Program-made: the position numbers and the translations under genes
Shown: piece after piece, positions 10,709 to 23,829 of the stretch
Layout: the number at the start of each line of letters is the position of its first letter
Numbering within the stretch: position 1 is the first letter of the stretch
Notes under the pieces: model-generated
What the model saw: the letters and a program-made list of their open reading frames with translations, nothing else
What the model was told of the DNA's origin: nothing
Databases searched by the model: none
Assembly (NCBI GenBank): GCA_051313645.2
Contig: JBNRSN020000010.1
Location: 11,284,001-11,348,000, forward strand
Length of the DNA stretch: 64,000 nt
DNA from: Centroscyllium fabricii
Lineage: Eukaryota
Direction of reading: 5' to 3'

Positions 10709-13700
10709 ACTCATAATGTTACAGTGGAGTCACTACCAGTAATGTTACAGTAGTGGCATCAGGAGTAACGTTAAAGCAGAGTCAGCACCAGTAATGATGC
10801 AGTAGAGTCAGCACCAGTACTGTTAAAGGAGAATCACCTCCACTACTGATAGGGACATTCACCAACAGTACGGATAGACTAGTGTTACAACCAGTAATGT
10901 TGGATCACGGTCATTCCCAGTAATATTTGTCTAGACTCAGCACCAGTAAAGTAAGGGTAGTGTCAACACCAGTGACGATAATATAGGTTCAACATCAGTA
11001 ATGTAAGTGGGGGTCATACCTGTAATGATATATTAGTGTCCCCAGCAGTATGTTCGAAAACGTTCACCAACATTAATGCTAGAGTAGATAGTTTCATCAC
11101 CAGTAAAGTTAGAGAAGGGTGACCATTAGTAATGTTAAAGTAGTGTCGCCACCAGTAATGTAAGTGTTGGGTCACCACTGGTAATATTAGCGTACAGTCA
11201 TCAGCAGCATTCTTAGAATAGAATGACCGCCGGTAATGTTAGGGTAGGGTCACCACCTGTATTGATAGAAGAGGTTGATTACCAGTAATGTTATAGTAGG
11301 GTCAACAGCAGTAATGTTAGAGGAACGTCATCACCAATAATGCTATAGTAGGATCAACAAAAGTAATGTTAATGCATAGTCAGCACAAGTAACGTTAAAG
11401 TATGTTCACAACAAGAAAAAGTAAAGTACACCAGCACCTTGAATGTTAGAGTAGTGTCACCACAAGTAATGATAGAGTAGTGACAACACCAGATTTGCTA
11501 GAATGCATTATCGACCAGCAATGACACGTTACGGCCACCAGCTGTAGTTTTAGCTTATGTTCATCACCATTATTGTTAGAGTAGTCAAAACCAGTAATGA
11601 TAACTATGGTCTCCACCAGTAATGTTAGAGTAGGGTCAACAGCAGTAATTTTGCAGTAGTTCACACCCAGTAAGGTTTGGTAGAGTCAAGACTAGTAATG
11701 TTAGATTAGGCACAATACCAGTAATGATAGTGTAGATGTTCCAGCAGTAATATTCGGGTACAGTGACAGCCAGTAAAGTTACAGTAAATTCACCAGCATT
11801 AAAGTTAGAGTTGCGTCACCGCCTTTTGTTTTATGTAGAGTCACCAACAGTGAGGAGAGAGTAGTGTCTCCAGCAGAATTGCTACAATAGATTCAGCAAC
11901 AGTAATGATACTTTCGGGCCAGCATCAGTAGTTTTAGAATACGGTCATCACTATTAATGCTGGAGTAGAATCACCAGCAGTAATGATAAGTAGGGTCTGC
12001 ACCAGTAAAGTTGGAGTAAGGTCACCATCAGTAATGTTAAAATATGGTCATCGCCAGTAGTTATAAAGTAGGGTCACCAGCAGTAATTTTAGAGTAGGCA
12101 CAACACCAGTAATGATAGTGTAGAGTCACCCCCAGTAATGATTGAATAGAATCACCTGCAGTCTTGTTAGCGTAGTTTCACCACCAGTACTAATGGATTA
12201 TTGTCACCGTCAGTAAAATTAGACTAGCGTCACCACCAGTATTGTTAGAGTAGGGTCACCACCAGTACTTTTAGAGTAGAGTCACCAGCAGTAGTTCTAC
12301 AGAAGGGTAATTTACAGTCATGTCAGTATACGTTTACCGCCAGTAAAGGTACAGGAGATACACCGCCAGTAGTGATGGAGTAGAGTCACCACAGTTAAGG
12401 TTAGCGTAGTGTCACCATCCGTAATCCAAGTGTAAGGTCGCCATCAGTAATGTTCGATATGGATACCACCTTTGCTGTCAGGGTAGGGTCACCACCAGTA
12501 ATGATATCGTAGGTTCAAAAGCAGTAATGTTAGAGTAGGCACAACAACAGCAATACTAGTGTAGAGTTTCCAGCAGTAATGTTAGAATATAGTCACCATC
12601 AGTCCCGTTAGAGATGGATCACCAGCAGTAATGTTGGAGTAGGGTCACCACCTTTAATTTTAGGTACTGTCACAACCAGTAATGAGAGTGTAGTTTCACC
12701 ACCAGATTTGCTAGAATAGAATCACCACCAGTAATGATACTTTAGGGCCACCATCAGTAGTGGTACAGTAAGGTTACAGTAGTGTCAACACCATTAATTT
12801 TGGAGTAGGGTTAACATCAGTAAGAAGAGAGTAGGCAGAACATCAGTAATGAAAGTGTAGATTCACCACTAGTAATGATAGAGCAGTGACACCATTATTA
12901 ATATAAGTGTATGTTCCCCACTAGTAATGTTAAAGTATGATTACAACCGTTACTGTTAGGGTAGGGCCACCAGCAGTAATACTAAAGTAAGGTCACAACC
13001 AGTAATGTTAGAGATGGATCACCACCAGTAATGCTGGAGTTGGGTGAACTCCAGTAATGTTAGAGTAGTAGTGTCCCCAATAGTAATGATAGAGGAGACT
13101 AACTCGCAGTAATGCTAGAGTAGAGTCAGCACCAGTAACTTTAGAATAGGTTCCCCATCAGTGAAGCTAGGGTAGGGTCACCACCTTTACTGTTAGGGTA
13201 GTGTGCCCGCCAGTAATTATAGAGTAGTGTCACCACCAGAATTACTAGAATAGATTCAGCACCAGTAATGAGAGTTTATAGCCACCATCAGTAATTTTAG
13301 AGAAAGGTCACCTCCATTAATGTTATAATAGGATCACCTCCATTACTGGTAGAGTAGTATCACCACAAGTAATATTAGAGCAGGTTGATCACCAATCAAA
13401 TTAGAATAGGATAGCTGGCAGAATTGCTAGTATATGGCCAACACGATTAATGATACCGTATAGGTACGATCAGTAACGTCATCGTTGGATCATCATCAGT
13501 AATTTACGAGTAGAGCATCACTAGTAATGTTCGCGTGTGGTCAGAATGAGTAATGCTATTTTGATGTCACCACCGGTACGGTTACAGTAGACTCCCCACT
13601 GCTAATGTTGGAATAGATTAACCCACGTAATGTTAGAATAACTTCACCACCAGTAATGTTAGAATATGCTGATTATTGTTCGTGTTTAAGTAGGATCATC

Positions 13701-14056
13701 ACTAGTCATGTTTCAGCCGAGTCATCGCCAGTAATCATTACAGTACATAAACATTTTATTTATCCAATGGATGTCTGAAGTTTTCAGAAAATTAACATGA
13801 GATCTCCAGAGGTAACGCACTGTCCGTGACAGATGTTACCTTCAGCGTTCAGGGGGCATGTAAAGATAATTTTCCCTCTTGGTTTATATCCCGCTCAATA
13901 ATTTTAATGGAAGGAGATTGATGGACTGAACTTTGCAATTTCCCCAGCGGTGACCCGGGCGCACTGAAGTTGAACATAGCTCCTTGTTTGTTAAGTGACT
14001 GTAACTAACTCCACACATAGTATAACCGCATTTTCTCAGCGGGCCACCGATTGTTG

Positions 14057-14062
14057 TATAAA
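14057..14062 (+). promoter_or_regulatory. Candidate TATA box of the GPCR locus
   Basis: tataaa about 80 bp upstream of the exon 1 ATG. Motif match only. Confidence 0.35.
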
Positions 14063-14141
14063 TTGGAAGCTTTTACGGAACTCAAGTAAACCCAAGTCTG
14101 AACCGTAAAGCGGAGCAGAATTCACACATCCTTTAAGAAAA

Positions 14142-15851
14142 ATGCTACGGCCAACAATTCTACAGATAAGGGACATTTACTATCATATGCTCGCAGCTTT
14201 CGGTGTTCCCGGTAAGCCAACGTATCCTGTGAACGATTACCTGTTGACTGTCTCAGTGTTTATTTAACAGATTCCGAGAACGTCCTCATTGCAAGGTCTT
14301 TTATCCACCACGAGCAGTCGGTGAATATCAGTTCAAAACCGACTTGTTCGCGCGGCCGCTGAGGCACTGCTCTGGTCGCTCGATCGCGGGCACCGGGTAG
14401 TCATCCATCCTCCCGGTACTGAGGGATGGCGAGGCTGATTCCGCGGCCCCTCCTACAGTACATTGATCACTAACGACTGATTTGCTCATTGTCCATATTA
14501 ATCATCTCTTTCGTAACTTTCTTCTCTGTATATTTTAAGTTGATAATTTCTGGCACTTCAGCCACAGCCAAACAGAGGATTTTCAAAGGTAATTTAATAA
14601 ATAATTGTTGTTGAGGGAGCTGCGGTCCTCCTCGCGGCGGTGTTTCGGATTAAATTGAACTGTTTTCTCGCAGCGTAATGTTTTATTTGAATTATATCGT
14701 TCCATGAAAAGCCGTGAACATATATTTAATACTTGACTGAATTTTGCTACAAAGCCGGCGGATTTTCAATCCGTCGATATTCAATTTTTAATTATCTCAT
14801 TTAGTTATAAAAAAAAAAATGTTTTCACCCTCGCTTATATTAATGTTAAAATATCCATACGCTAACGCTGAATGAGGACAGATCTGAAACTTTCCCCACA
14901 ATAATTTCTGAGATTTACGTGAATGTCCAGGATACTGACCTGTTCCACCTCTTTCTCACAGCGAATCTACTGACAATCCTGATTCTCTCCCGAGGAAACT
15001 GCGGCCTTTCCAAATCTATCTCTGTCTACATGGTGGCCATGGCAACAGCAGATCTACTGGTCATGATCATCAATATATTAATGAACCGCATTCTCAGTCA
15101 TCACTTTCCGCATTCTTTCCTGTCCTACACTTCCGTCTGCAAGACCATTAGGTACATGGAATGCGTCACCCTGTATGTATCGGTGTGGTTTACAGTCTCG
15201 TTCACATTTGACCGATTTGTTGCTATATGTTGTGAGAAGTTTAAAACAAAATAATGCACAGTGAGAACTGCGGCCGCTGTCATAACAACTGGCTCCGTCC
15301 TGGTCTGTTTACAGAGCCTCCCTTTTTGGTTTGCATATGAACCTGTGAGGATAATTAAGAATGTCCACTGGGGTTGCCGGGCCAGAGTGGAATTTGTTTC
15401 TTCGCCTGCAGGTGCAGCATACATCTGGTTGGAAAGTATTTTCATTGCTTGGCTTGCTTTTGCTTTGATTTTACTATTTAATTGCTTGACAGTCAGACGC
15501 ATTTTCGTAGTCAGCAGAGCCCGCAGTGGACTTCGAGGGAACAGCAGTGAGAATCGGAGCGATACAGAGATGGCGAGCCGAAGGAAATCCATAATTTTAC
15601 TGTTCAGTGTATCAGGCAGTTTTGTAGTGTTTTGGCTAACAGCAATCGTTAGTTTTTTAACTACAAGACTGACAAACACCGCGAAATATCGAGGCGATTA
15701 TGCAGACCCTGCCTATGTTGCCACAGAAACCGGATATATGCTCATGTATTTGAGTTCCTGTACAAACACATGTATTTATTCAGCGACCCAAAGTATATTC
15801 AGGGTAGAGCTGAAGAATGTGGTGAAATGGCCTTGCACTTTTATTGGTTAA
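14142..15851 (+). pseudogene. Two-exon class A GPCR of the GPR139/GPR142-like family with one premature stop
   Basis: Exon 1 14142-14211 (MLRPTILQIRDIYYHMLAAFGVP, donor G|gtaag). Exon 2 from 14962 (acceptor cacag|) splices in frame to ANLLTILILSRGNCGLSK..MATADLLV..FTFDRFVAICC..SSCTNTCIY. In-frame TAA at 15252-15254 (KTK*CT). Final stop at 15851. Confidence 0.88.
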
Positions 15852-16188
15852 AAAATGAAAACCTTATCTAGCGCATCCTGTCCTAATTAGAGTTAAATTA
15901 TAGCAGGTGTTCATTTTAGGATAGCCGTCTGTCCGTTGGGACGAACATGATTTGTTGTTGTGAAATAAACAGGTATCAGCGAACATTTATTCTACTTTGT
16001 GCCGTGTGATTGATGTCTGCCGTTTTCCCCGGGAGAACAGACTCGATTCCGCTAAAACAGAGCCGTTCCCGCTCAATATTCAGAGGCAACATACATGATT
16101 GAGCTTCAGCAGTATAGTGGAACATGTGGGCGTCAGCGTGACGCTCCAGTTTAATTAATATACACATTTTCCGTAAATGAAGAAACGT

Positions 16189-16949
16189 GACCCCGAAATT
16201 CTGCTCGCAACGCATGAGTACGCATCGGTACTCACCCCTCAGCCCATCTGAAGTGCCGGTTTCGTGCATGCACAGCGCATGCGCGCAAAACCAGCACACC
16301 GATCCCCTGACAGAAGGGGTCAGTGGTCGGAACGCGCGCTCGTGCGCGGAAGTGCGTGCGCAGTGCACTTCTGCTTTTTTTACAGGCTCTGTCTCTGTGT
16401 AAGTCTGGAAAAACAATACGGACCTTATTTTCATGTGCAAAGACACCTTGCAGAAGGTAGGAGATGAATTAATTCAATTAAAAAAACATTTCCGCAGCTT
16501 TTTTATTTTAAAATACATCAAAGAAAGGTAAGTTTATTTTTAGCCACGTTAAAAACTTAAATTATTCTTTTCAGAATTTTTCATTTTTGTTTAATACAGC
16601 TAATTTATGTATTTGATAGATATTTTAAAATACGTGATATAAAAATATATACGTTTTAAGATTTACTGAGGTTTTACGGCTTGCATTATTCATAAGTTTG
16701 ACAGGTCTTCCTGTCCAAATTATGCATGGAGCGTTCTGTGCCCCGATTGGCTCGCTGCGGCCCACATGATCCCGCACGATCCCTCGCGCTAACTGCGCAG
16801 CTCGATTCCAGGAGCGCGGTGCGCCGGCAGGTCAGGGAAGCCACACATTGCGCTACCATGCGGGGGCACAGCTCAACGGCCGGCCATGTAGGTAAGTGTA
16901 AGTTGGAGGCTTGCAGTCCCGGGAAGCCTACAAACGAAATTTCTGGGCC
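16189..16949 (+). mobile_element. Harbinger-type MITE, about 750-bp family
   Basis: Ends ccccgaaatt...aatttctgggcc. Its left 200 bp resemble the reverse complement of 27120-27318. AT-rich core. Confidence 0.7.
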
Positions 16950-17348
16950 AAAACAAAAAACTCGGGCACTCTGCATCTATAGAACTGGAGTCATCCTTTA
17001 TTGAAGATAAAATAGCGAGCTCCTCTGGAAGTCCATTGAAATTGATGCTAGACGAGTTTATAAAAGGCCCTGAATCTACAACAGGTCATTCGTACACTTG
17101 TGACTCCTGGTGGTGCAAGCTTGATTGCAACCAGCGTCTCACACGAATGTCCTCTCTTGGGTGGGGACGGAGTCTTCCACTATTCCGATGCTGGATGCTG
17201 GAAATCTGAAATGTAAGCAGAACATGCATGAACCACTCAGCAGTCCAGGCAACCTCTGTAGAATCTGATGCAGTGCGAACATTTCAGGTCGATGACAATT
17301 TGTCCGAACAGGAAAAAGTTAGAGATATAACAGGTTTTTAAGCAAGTG

Positions 17349-18351
17349 GCAAATGTGACACGATTCTGCAGAAAGGGTGAAAGTACAACCCTGGTAACTA
17401 CAGACCGGTCACTTTAACATCAGTGGAGGGTAAACGTTTAGAAACTATAATCAAGGAAAAGCTTAACGGTGATTTGGAGAGGTTTAAGCTAAATAATGCG
17501 TGACAACACTGGTTTGTAAAAGACAGATGGTGTTTAAGATCATTAGAAATAAGAGCAGGAGTCGGCCATTTGGCCCCGCGAGACTGCGCCGCCATTTAAT
17601 GAGATATTGTCTAATCTGATCTTGGGCTCAGATCCATTACACTGCAGGCTCCCTAAAACCCCTCACATCATTACTGTTCAAAATCTGTCTATCTTCATCT
17701 TAAATGTATTCAATGGTCCAGCGAACACAACTCTACAGGGCAGATAATTCTAAAGACTGACGGCTCTCTGAGCGATTAAATTCCTCCTCCTCTCTGTTTT
17801 AAATGGGCGACCTCTTATTCTGAAACTATGCACCCCCTAGTATTTGATTCCCCCAGGAGCGGAAGCATCTTCTCTGCATCTACCTTGGCGAGCATCCTCA
17901 GTACATTATATGTTTCAATATGATCTGCTCACATTCTTCGAAACTCCAATATGACAGACATGCTCAGCCTTTCTTCATAAGTGAACCACATCATCTGCAG
18001 AATGAACCTGATGAAACTTCTCTGAACTGCCTCCAATGCAAATATATCCTTCCTTAAATAAGGAGAACAACATTGTTTGACTAATCTAATTGATTTGTTT
18101 AATGATTAACAAAGAGGATTGATGAAGGTAATGCAATTATGTTGTCCACATGGGTTGCTGTAAGGCGTTTGAAAAGGTACCACATAGAAGGCTGGTTCTA
18201 TAGATGTAGGCAAATGGAATAAATGGGTCAGTGGCAGCATGGGTATGGAATTGGCTTGTGCACAGAAAACAGCATGTTATGGGGAGTGGCTTATTTCAGA
18301 CTAGGGGACAGTTGACAGTGGTGTTCCCCAAGGGTCAGTGCGGGACACACT

Positions 18352-18387
<36 letters not shown>

Positions 18388-19319
18388 GAGAATGATATTG
18401 GAATAGAGAGTAGATTTTCCATATTTGTCAATGAGACCAAACTGGGTGTGCGGCAAACAGTGATGATGATATTAATCGGTTGGAACAGAATATAGAAAGG
18501 CTAGCAGAATGGGCAGACAAGTGGCAGATGGAATTTAATTCAGAAAAGTGTGAGCTGATGCATTAAGGCAGAAGGAACAGGGAGAGGCAATGTACAATTA
18601 ATAGCTCAGCTTAAACAGTGTGCAGGGACAGAGGGACTTGTGACTTAATGTGCATTGCTCCTTGAAGGTGGAGGAAATATTGAGAGATTGTTTAACAGAG
18701 CATATGGGATCTTGGATTTCAAAAAAAGAGAGATTGAGTACAAAGTAGGGAAGTTATGCTGAACCTGATTGAAGCGCTGGTTAGGCCACAAGTGCTGGTC
18801 ACCACCCATTAGGAAGAAGGTGAAGGCCCTGGAGAGGATTCAAAGGAGATTAGCCAGAATGATTCCGGGGATGGGGGATGTTAGCTACAAGGGCAGTTTG
18901 CGGAAGCTGCATGTGTTCTCATTATAGCAAAGGAAATTGAGGGGTGATTTGATAGAGTTGTGCAAGATCATTTTGGGTTTAGATATGCTGGACGGAGAAT
19001 GGCTCTTCCCACTAGTTAATGGTACACGGACTAGGGGACACAGATTTATGGTTTTTGGCAAGAAATCCGGGAAGAACGTGAAGACAAACATTTTAACACA
19101 GTGAGTGCTGATGTCATGGAATTCTCTGCCGACAGAGTGCTGGAAACGTAGACACTCAGTATTTCCAAGGGGTGACTGGACAACCACTTGTGGGAAATAA
19201 ACTTGCAGGGTTACCGAGATCGAGTGGGGGAATAGGGCTAACTAGATTGCGCTATAGAGAGACGGTTCGCACTCAATGGGCCGAATGGCCACATTCTGTG
19301 CCGTTCTGATTCTGTGACT
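17349..19319 (+). mobile_element. 5'-truncated CR1 LINE with AAGTG target-site duplication
   Basis: Starts at ANVT..PGNYRPVTLTSV and runs through decayed RT to the tail ttctgattctgtgact. aagtg at 17344-17348 and 19320-19324. Confidence 0.85.
17539..18073 (-). mobile_element. CR1 3' fragment nested in the previous CR1
   Basis: agaaataagagcaggagtcggccatt 3' UTR. The host RT resumes at tgtttgactaatcta (CLTNL). Confidence 0.8.
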
Positions 19320-20149
19320 AAGTGTAGGGACAGGGAAAGTGGGGAGGGGAGGGAAGGACAAAAGTGTGATTCTGTTATAGGAACGATGGCAGGAGATATC
19401 ATAAAACAATAGAGATGATAGTAATGGGAGAAGTTAGATAAAATAGCTGACACTGGATGAGGTGTAAATGTCAATTGAAGAATCATCGAGAGCTGGCCTG
19501 TGAGTTAGAAAAAAACGAAAGGGGAATATAGGGGCACAGGTTATAGACTGAAATTCCTGGAGTTTAATTTGTTCTTCATTTGAACGGTGTAAGAGGCCGA
19601 TGACGGTGAGGTCTGAGTGGGAGTGGAATGTAGAATTAAATTGACAGGCGTCCGCAAGCTCGGGCACCTGCTTACAGTGTGAACGCAGGTGTTCCACAAA
19701 GCAATCACCCAATCTGCATTTGGTCTCGGCAGCGTAGAGGAGACCGCATCCTGAGCAGCAAATATAGTATACTAAATTGCAAGAAGTACAACATCGAGTG
19801 CGAGAGGGTCCGGCTGCTGTGTGACATTTGACTTGGTTGCTCTGTGATTGGCTCCTGGCTTATAAGTAATGTCTCCTCAAGACAGGTTTTCATTCCGGGT
19901 TAAACGGTATCATTGCCATATTATTGCCGGGGGAGCTGGACCTGGCAACGTACATTTTCAGTGAGCTCAATCTCAAAAAGTTTAATTCAAGCCAATGCAA
20001 TTAATTGTAAGTAGGTTCAAATTACAAAAAATCATACTCGCAAAATGAATCACAATCCTCTTCAGTAATAGATACTACAATTAAGATGAATCCGTTATAT
20101 ATGAAATATTCTTGGAGTGTCCCTTGTCTAAGGAAGGCGAAGAGAGCAG

Positions 20150-22980
20150 AAACATGGAATCATAGAAAGTTACAATATGGAAGGAGGCCATTTCGTCCCA
20201 TTGTGTCCGGGCCAGCCAACAAAGTTCTCTCCCTCATCCAAGCTCTTGATCCATAGCCAAGCAGGTAACAGCACCTCAAATGCACATCCAAGTACTTTTT
20301 AAATCTGGTTAGGGTCCCTGCCTCTTCGTCCCTTTCAGACAGTGAGTTTCAGACTCCCATAAACCGCTGGTAGAAGAAATATCCCTCTACATATTCCCCC
20401 AATTAATTTAAAATCTGTGCCCCCCTGTTTTTTGAACCCTCTACTCAGGACAAAATGTCCTTTCTATTCAATGTATTGCTGCCCCTCAAAGCTTTCTCGC
20501 TATCAAAAATATCTCCCCTCAGATCCCTCTGTTCCAAGGAGGATAGGCACAGCCTGTCCAGTCTTTCCTCATAGCTAAGCTGCTCTCCGCCCGGCAACAT
20601 CTTTGTAAACCTCCTCTGTACCCTTTCTTTTGCAACCTCATCTTCCCTGCAATATGGTGACCAGAACTGCGCGCTGTACTGTAGTTGAGGGCTAAATAGA
20701 GTTGCGTAGATTTGAAGAATAAACATTGTATTCTTGTAATCTATGCCATGGATAATAAAGGTAAACATCCTCTATGCCTTGTTAACCACCTCATCTTCTT
20801 GGCCTGCTAACTTCAGGGATCGTGGACATGCACTCAAAGTTCCCTTTGTTCCTATATGTCACATATGGCATTCCCCTTTAAGGAATCCATTTTGGAATTC
20901 TAGGTTTTGTTTCTCTGTTTTGGAAAGATTTATCTTAATTAACTGTTTCACATACCTGTGTGTTCCTGGTTATCAATACCTGCAGCTTATTGGCCAGCAC
21001 TAAATAATCTGGTTTGCCTGTTTGGCTTATAAGCTGGGTGCTTTGACCAGGCAGGTGCCGGATCATTAGACTCTACTTACTACTCATCATTAGAAGAAGT
21101 GGTTGCTGTCTGAGCTGCTGGAGAGGCAATGGGTATGGGCGTTCCCCTGCCTTGTAGATGATGTATTCTCTTCAGGAATCTCGGGTAGAGTAAAGTCTTA
21201 GCTGTGGAGCGGACTTCGGAGAACTACGGTTGTCTACATTCAGGACATTGCACTTCACCTCCTGAACTCAGGTGTGGACATTCCATTAGTTAAGTAAGGG
21301 CGTTCCCCTGCTAAGTAGAAGATGGATTCTTCCTCTGAAGACTCCGTTGGTGTGAGTTTCGACCGTAGGGCGGACTCGGGAGTATTCCTAATTCAACTTC
21401 CTGGACATTAGTCGATATCACCCGAGCTGAGGTTTGGACGTTTCTGTTGTGTATGTGAGGAGTTTCCTTGTTTGTGAAGATGGATTCTTCCTCTGAAGAC
21501 TCCGTTGGAGTGAGTTTCGACCGTAGGGCGGACTCGGGAGTATTCCTAATTCAACTTCCTGGACATTTTCTCTATACTACCTGTAGTCAGGGTTGGACAT
21601 GTAATTCACAACACTATGATGCGCTTGGCTGCGTATCGTTCCATGCACCAAGGGAAGTTTGTACCAGTTCGGAAATGAACTTGTTTTCTGTTTCTAACAT
21701 TGTATGCCATTTAATTATGTTTTATAACTTTTTGAATGTATGCATGTATGTTTTTTCATAACTGTTTGGTATTAAAGGATTTAAGACCTAGACAGTTTTA
21801 TCAGTGTCTTTGAATTTGGGCCCCATCACCCCTCCGTTACACCTATACACTATTCAGTATCCTACCATTTAATGTGTAATCCTACTCCTTGTAGCCCTCC
21901 CCAAATGCATTACCTCGCACTTCTCCAGACTGAATTGCATTTGCCATTGTTTTGCCCACCTGACCAACTAACTAATATCTTCCTGCATTCTACAGCTTCC
22001 TTCTTCAGTATCAACCACACAGCCGATGTTAGTATCATCTCCGCACTTCTTAATCATTCCCCTATATTCAAGTCAAGATCGTTGACATATACCAAAAAAG
22101 CAAGGGATCTATTACGATACCAGCAGAACCTCACTGGAAACTCGTTCCAATCAAAGAAACACCCATCAACCACTACACTCTCCTTATCGCAGAGCCAGTT
22201 TTGAATCCAACTTGACTCGTTGCCTTGGATCGAATGGGCTTTTAACGTCGTGACCAGTCTGCCATGTGGACACGTATTAAAAGCCTTGCTAAGTCTAAAT
22301 ACTCTAAACCAGAGGCACTACCCTCCTTATTAGTTCTTCAAATAATTTAATCAATATTGTCAGACATCACATTCCCTTAATAAATCTGTGCTATTTTTTT
22401 TAACTCGTGTCTTTCTAAATGCAGATGTATCATGTCCTTCAGAATGATTTCCAATAATTTTAGCACCAAATAGGTTAGGCTGACAGGCCTGTATTTAGTC
22501 GGTCTGTTCTTGTCTCCCTTAATAAACATGGCTACCAGATTTGCAGGCCTCCAATCCTCCGGCACCACACCCGAAGTCAGAGAGGATTGTGAAATGACGG
22601 CCAGGGTCTCTCCTATTGCCTCTTTTGCTTATTTAACAGCCTGGGATACAGTTCCTCCGGGTCTGAGGAGTTATCCACTTTTGAAGCTGCTAAACCACTT
22701 AATACTTCCTCTCTAACTCTGATTATTTCATCTAATATTTCACAATTCTCCCCAATAATAGCAATGCCTGCTTCGCTCCTCTCCTTTGTGAAAACATACG
22801 CAAAGTATACATTAACAATACTGCTAACGACTGTCTCCTCCACACACAGATTGCCCTCATGAGATCTAATAGACCACACCCTTTCCTAAGTTATCCTCTT
22901 ACACTTAAGAATCATCTTTGTGTTTCCTTGATTTTACTGCACAAGAACTTTTAATGGTCTCTCTTTGCTTTCCTATTAAC
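20150..22980 (-). mobile_element. CR1 LINE, decayed, split by a solo LTR
   Basis: Minus ORFs QYSAQFWSPY..VQRRFTKMLPG and VPEDWRPANLVAMF..YRPVSLT. Tail aaacatggaatcatagaa. Confidence 0.85.
20857..21841 (+). mobile_element. Solo LTR (985 bp) with CCTATA target-site duplication
   Basis: tgtcaca...gttaca termini. cctata at 20851-20856 and 21842-21847. TATA-like ttataa at about 21027 and attaaa at about 21771. Three internal repeats of about 160 bp. Confidence 0.85.
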
Positions 22981-23249
22981 TGGGACAGGAGAAATGTCTC
23001 TGGTCTCAGAGAACAGGTCTTGTGGGATCAACACTCTCATTGGACAAAACGGGATAAAACAATAAATGTCATCAATGACTGGGAAGGCGAGGAGCTTAAC
23101 GGAGAATCCCTTTAGTACATAACCTTTTAAAGGTGAGAGTTTAACAAGCTATGTTGTGCCGTTGAATTTCAGGCAAAAGGTGGTCATTATCCGGGAGCTT
23201 CACTGAAATGTAAAGTTCGCCCAAACATCACCTGGAAGTGCATGATGCT

Positions 23250-23735
23250 TACTTATACAGGGTTTTCTGCCCTGTACTCATACCAGGCTGTACGTGAAAT
23301 GGTGAGCATCCTGGAGTAGAATTAGATGAGCTGTACGCTGCATTGGCCACATGCAGTATCTGAATTGACCGTGCTTGCTGAACGACAATACAGTGAGATT
23401 TACACTGTATCTAACGCCTGTCTACCTGCCCTCTGAGGTGTTGACGGGTCAGTGTTGAGGGAGTATTACTCTGTTTCTAACCCGTGCTGTACCTTCCCTG
23501 GCGGTGTATGATGGGAATTTGTAGAGCGACCTTTATTCTGTAATTAAATATTTCAGTATTTAGCATGGGTATGTTTTGTGGGATCGTGTATAGGGTGCTT
23601 CATATAATGACTACCCCGTGCTGAACCTGATATGAGAGTGTTTGACGGGCAGATTAAATAAGCATTACATTCTATCTAAGCCATGCATTACCTGTCCTGG
23701 GAGTATTTGATGGGACTATGTAGAAGAGCTCTAAG
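23250..23735. repeat. Diverged tandem repeat, unit about 60-65 bp
   Basis: Recurrent tgtatctaacccgtgctgtacctgccctgggagtgtttgatgggacagtgtagagggagc-like units. Confidence 0.7.
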
Positions 23736-23829
23736 TATTATTGCCCATGATTTCCATTCCAACTATGTCTGCAATTGCCTCAACCATTCACGGCCCAAAT
23801 GACCACTTCAATGTGGCTCTGCCCTTCCT

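Larger units (their letters stand above)
8660..13740. repeat. 26-bp satellite array, consensus about CACCACCAGTAATGTTAGAGTAGGGT
   Basis: Period 26 (cc[a/t]gtaatg at 8744, 8770, 8796). Continues with divergence for about 5 kb and is interrupted by two LINE fragments. Confidence 0.95.
17185..19800 (-). mobile_element. Penelope-like element remnant (17185-17348 plus 19320-19800), split by CR1 insertions
   Basis: gatgctggaaatctgaaat-type terminal region. GIY-YIG remnant LVYYICCSGCGLLYAAETKCRLGDCFVEHLRS on minus. Confidence 0.75.

Noticed and set aside
8660-13740. CRISPR-like regular repeats
   Set aside because: Contiguous 26-bp tandem units with no unique spacers, no cas genes, and vertebrate context.
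15125-15679. 184-aa minus-strand ORF
   Set aside because: Antisense shadow of the GPCR exon.
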